NCBI GenBank assembly: GCA_008636045.1 | Contig: SNRW01000043.1 | Coordinates: 1 to 36,141, forward strand | DNA: 36,141 nucleotides | Reading direction: 5' to 3' | From: Streblomastix strix | Taxonomy: Eukaryota | Part shown: positions 33,201-36,141 of the stretch, piece after piece | Numbering within the stretch: the first letter of the stretch is position 1 | How the letters are laid out: every line of letters starts with the position of its first letter | Made by a program: the position numbers and the translations under genes | Notes under the pieces: generated by a model | What the model saw: only the letters and a program-made list of their open reading frames with translations | Databases searched by the model: none | Told to the model about the DNA's origin: nothing

Positions 33201-36141
33201 GTGCAATGAGAAAGTCAGCTAAATTCGATTAATAATAAAAAGAGGCTGGAATTAAATAGGTAATAATGACATAAGGAGAAATAAAAGAATTTAACCCATT
33301 AAAACCAGTTGGATATGGAATACCAACTTCATAAATTAATAATAAAGGAGACATCAATTATAATGTTTAGGCTTAATTCATAGAATCTGACTCAGCTCCA
33401 AAAAGAAAGAAAATTGAATTGGCTGAATTGTTGGGAAGGAGCAAGAAATAAATATTGGAGAACTCTCTAACTGTTCATGCAGTTGCAGTAACATTATAGA
33501 AGAAAGTAGCGACTGCTAGGGTATGATGTTAGAATACATAAAAGTGAAGAAACGAAATATTATTTATTATTTATTTTATTTTATTATTTAGCCAATCAGA
33601 TGTGCTATATATAATGAACTAGTGACTACATTTGCAGTCTGCACAGACAACATTGTCAGATTATTTGATGCATACACAGGATAGATGAATGGTGAATATG
33701 AGATGGATGCCAATATAACAGCTGCTGATATAGACATAAGAATGAGAAAATTGTATATTGGAACAGTTGATGGGAAAGTTTATGCATATAAATTCAATAA
33801 TGGAGCGAAGATGAAAGATTTAGCGTGGCATCATCCTTTTCAACTAAAAGAATAATAAGAAGAAGAATAAGATGATAATGAAACATCAATAGTAAAAGTT
33901 ACTACAGTAAAGACTTAAGAGTCACCTCGACAATTGGCATCTAAATAATCAATTAGAAATTATGATACTTAAGAAACAAAGAAATAAAATGTAAAAGATG
34001 AGAATAATCCTGGAACCAGTGATATCCATGAAATTGCAGATAAAACAGGAGATTTAAAAAGAAAAGTTGAATAAGATTAAATAATGCAAAAAACATAAAC
34101 AATAAAGAAAAATTAGCTGAAAGCTGGAGCAAACTCACCTTCATCGTAAAACTTGGTTCTTGATAATACTGATAGTTATCTAATTGAAAAAAAGACAACA
34201 TAAAAATAAAAAAGTTCAATAAATTAGTTTGGAGAAGATATATTGAAAGGATTACAAGGTGACTAAATTCCAGGAGCAATAATATCATAACAGAAATTGC
34301 CCTAGGTTTCCTAGGTATAATAAGTTGATGTAGATAATGAAAACAAAGTCATTATTGAGAGCAAAGAAATCCCAAAGCCAAGAATGGTAGTAATAGAAGG
34401 AAATAAACCAATGACTGAGTATCTTCCTTTCTCTCCAAGAACTCTTGAGATCTCACCAAGGAGCATGATCCTTTCTAAATCTATTCCATCTGTTACAAAA
34501 GAGATTGTATCTAAATTGAAAGTATATGTTGACACTGGACATTTGGGAACAGGAGATGCGCATCTTGATGAATTATAAGCGTTGAAAGAATAAGATTAAT
34601 ATTCAATCATCAGTTAATTGCATACAAGTGAAGCTGAAGAACGTGAGAAAGCAGCAACAAGACTCTTATTCTCCAGTGGAATGGGTGCAGTAGGAACAGC
34701 AATCAGTAACAGTGATAACAGTCAATTTAAGATTGGGAAAGATGCTTGGAAGGAAACAGTTCCAATTACATGTTTATCTTACATTGACAGCAAAGGACTG
34801 TGTTTCTCAGTAAGTTGGGATAGAAAAGCAATAATGACAAGTGATACAGCTGATATAGAAAAGTAAGTTATCCCTCAAACTGGAGATCTGTATGCATGCA
34901 CTCATTCTGATAGTGAAGAATTTTAGGCAATTGTTACTGGATCTTCTGATGGATCAATTCGTGTATTTGATTCAGCCACAATACAACAGATCTCAACATT
35001 TCAAGTTGAAAATCCTGTTCAATCACTTTGTATGTTAGGAAACTATCCAGTAGTTTGTGCTGGAGATTCAAAAGGTATGGTACATTTATTCACGTGCAAA
35101 CCATGCTCACAAAGAACGATTGTTGCGCAGTGGCACAACATAGTCATACCATCACAGCCAATATTCCCAAATTAAGTGCCACCACCTGAAATAATTCAAG
35201 AAACAGGAATAAGCAAAATGGCATTTATTGAAAATTATGTTCTTGGAGGTAATGATAGAAGAGATCAAGAGAAAGAGGAAGAAGAAGAAAAAGAAAGATT
35301 GAGAGTGGAATAAGAGAATAAAGCAAAATAGTAATTAATTGATGAAGAGAATGCAAAGAATGCTAAGAATTAATAGAATAATAATTTTTTTGGAAATTTT
35401 AATAGGAAAAAATTAATTAATAAATAATCTAATTAATAAAATAATGCATAAAATGATACTGAAAAGAAAAATATTAAATAAGCTGCGATTAAAAACTAAA
35501 AGTATAAAGATATCAGTGATGATAATTTAAATGAATTATTTTCATGTTCTTCTGAATCTGAAGATACAAGCAAGGCTGATGAAGGAAGTAGCAACAGTTC
35601 AGATCAAATAATGGAAAAAAGTAAATAAATGAGTAAGTCATCAAAAGGAATGCCTACACTAGAAGATGCAATTGAAAATTTAGAAAAGAAAAATGATTCA
35701 TCATTAGATTATATTGACGAGATTTATAAAGATGAATATATGTCAAAAAATGTTTAGAATAAAAAAGGAAGGAAATAATCGTTTTTTGATGATTTTGATG
35801 AAGATTTGGGATTTAGTAGAAATGAAAAACAATAAAATGCTAAGGGTGAGAAATAATAGAAGTAAAAACTATCTGACTCAATATAAAGTAATTCAAAATA
35901 AAGTTCAAATAATGAAAATATGAATAAAATATCTGATTAGAAATTGACAGATACAAGAGTTGGAAGTTCCAGAAAGAAAACTGCATTAAATAATAACTCA
36001 AAATTAAATGAAAATGAAAATGAATAAAATGAAAAAGATAATATGTTTTAAAGACCAGTAATATTAAGTTAAAATTCTTCATTAATTTCAAAAGGAAATT
36101 ACATTCAGCCTCCAAATGTTGGATTGCTGAAGATTAATGAT
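30252..36141 (+). CDS. EF-hand plus WD40-repeat protein (WDR49/EFCAB8/WDR64-like architecture), 3'-partial, with one internal in-frame TGA
   Basis: Introns 30393-30455, 30642-30717, 30841-30904, 31073-31125, 31243-31312, 32226-32300, 32828-32911, 33521-33591. EF-hand LFEEIDVNGDGGMEWDEF; WD40 repeats GHTGTVT..ASLDQTIALWD, GHFDLIT..SNDGNILVWD, SHKGII..SRDGVIKMWD, GSSDGSIRVFD. TGA at 31517-31519. Frame open to the window end. Confidence 0.85.

Noticed and set aside
1..36141. Mass pseudogenisation suggested by abundant TAA/TAG
   Set aside because: TAA/TAG fall on conserved Gln positions (DEAD-box Q motif, PGM2 NPKQDNGYK, SUT QP), and frames and splice phases stay intact.

Overview
AT-rich, gene-dense nuclear DNA of a microbial eukaryote with short GT-AG introns (47-128 nt). 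TAA and TAG clearly encode Gln, so the supplied standard-code ORF track is largely misleading. The style suggests a Streblomastix-like oxymonad (inference; a ciliate is not excluded). Ten genes were reconstructed by hand: DDX24/MAK5 (broken by an inversion at the window start), a Ykt6-longin/PRP31 chimera, a SUT/SLC45-type sugar transporter, TAF2, PGM2, a 2249-codon orphan, CNOT9/RCD1, a coiled-coil orphan, HAUS1, and an EF-hand/WD40 protein that runs off the end. Main result: TGA also appears to be ambiguous. Four in-frame TGA codons sit deep inside otherwise intact frames (TAF2, WD40 gene, orphan twice), while TGA still ends genes such as PGM2. All four internal TGAs are followed by a pyrimidine and seven gene-terminal TGAs by a purine, suggesting a context-dependent code with no dedicated stop codon. 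Second highlight: a Ykt6-PRP31 fusion gene lying directly behind a recent duplicate of the TAF2 promoter and first exon. All homology calls come from recalled family motifs, not database searches.
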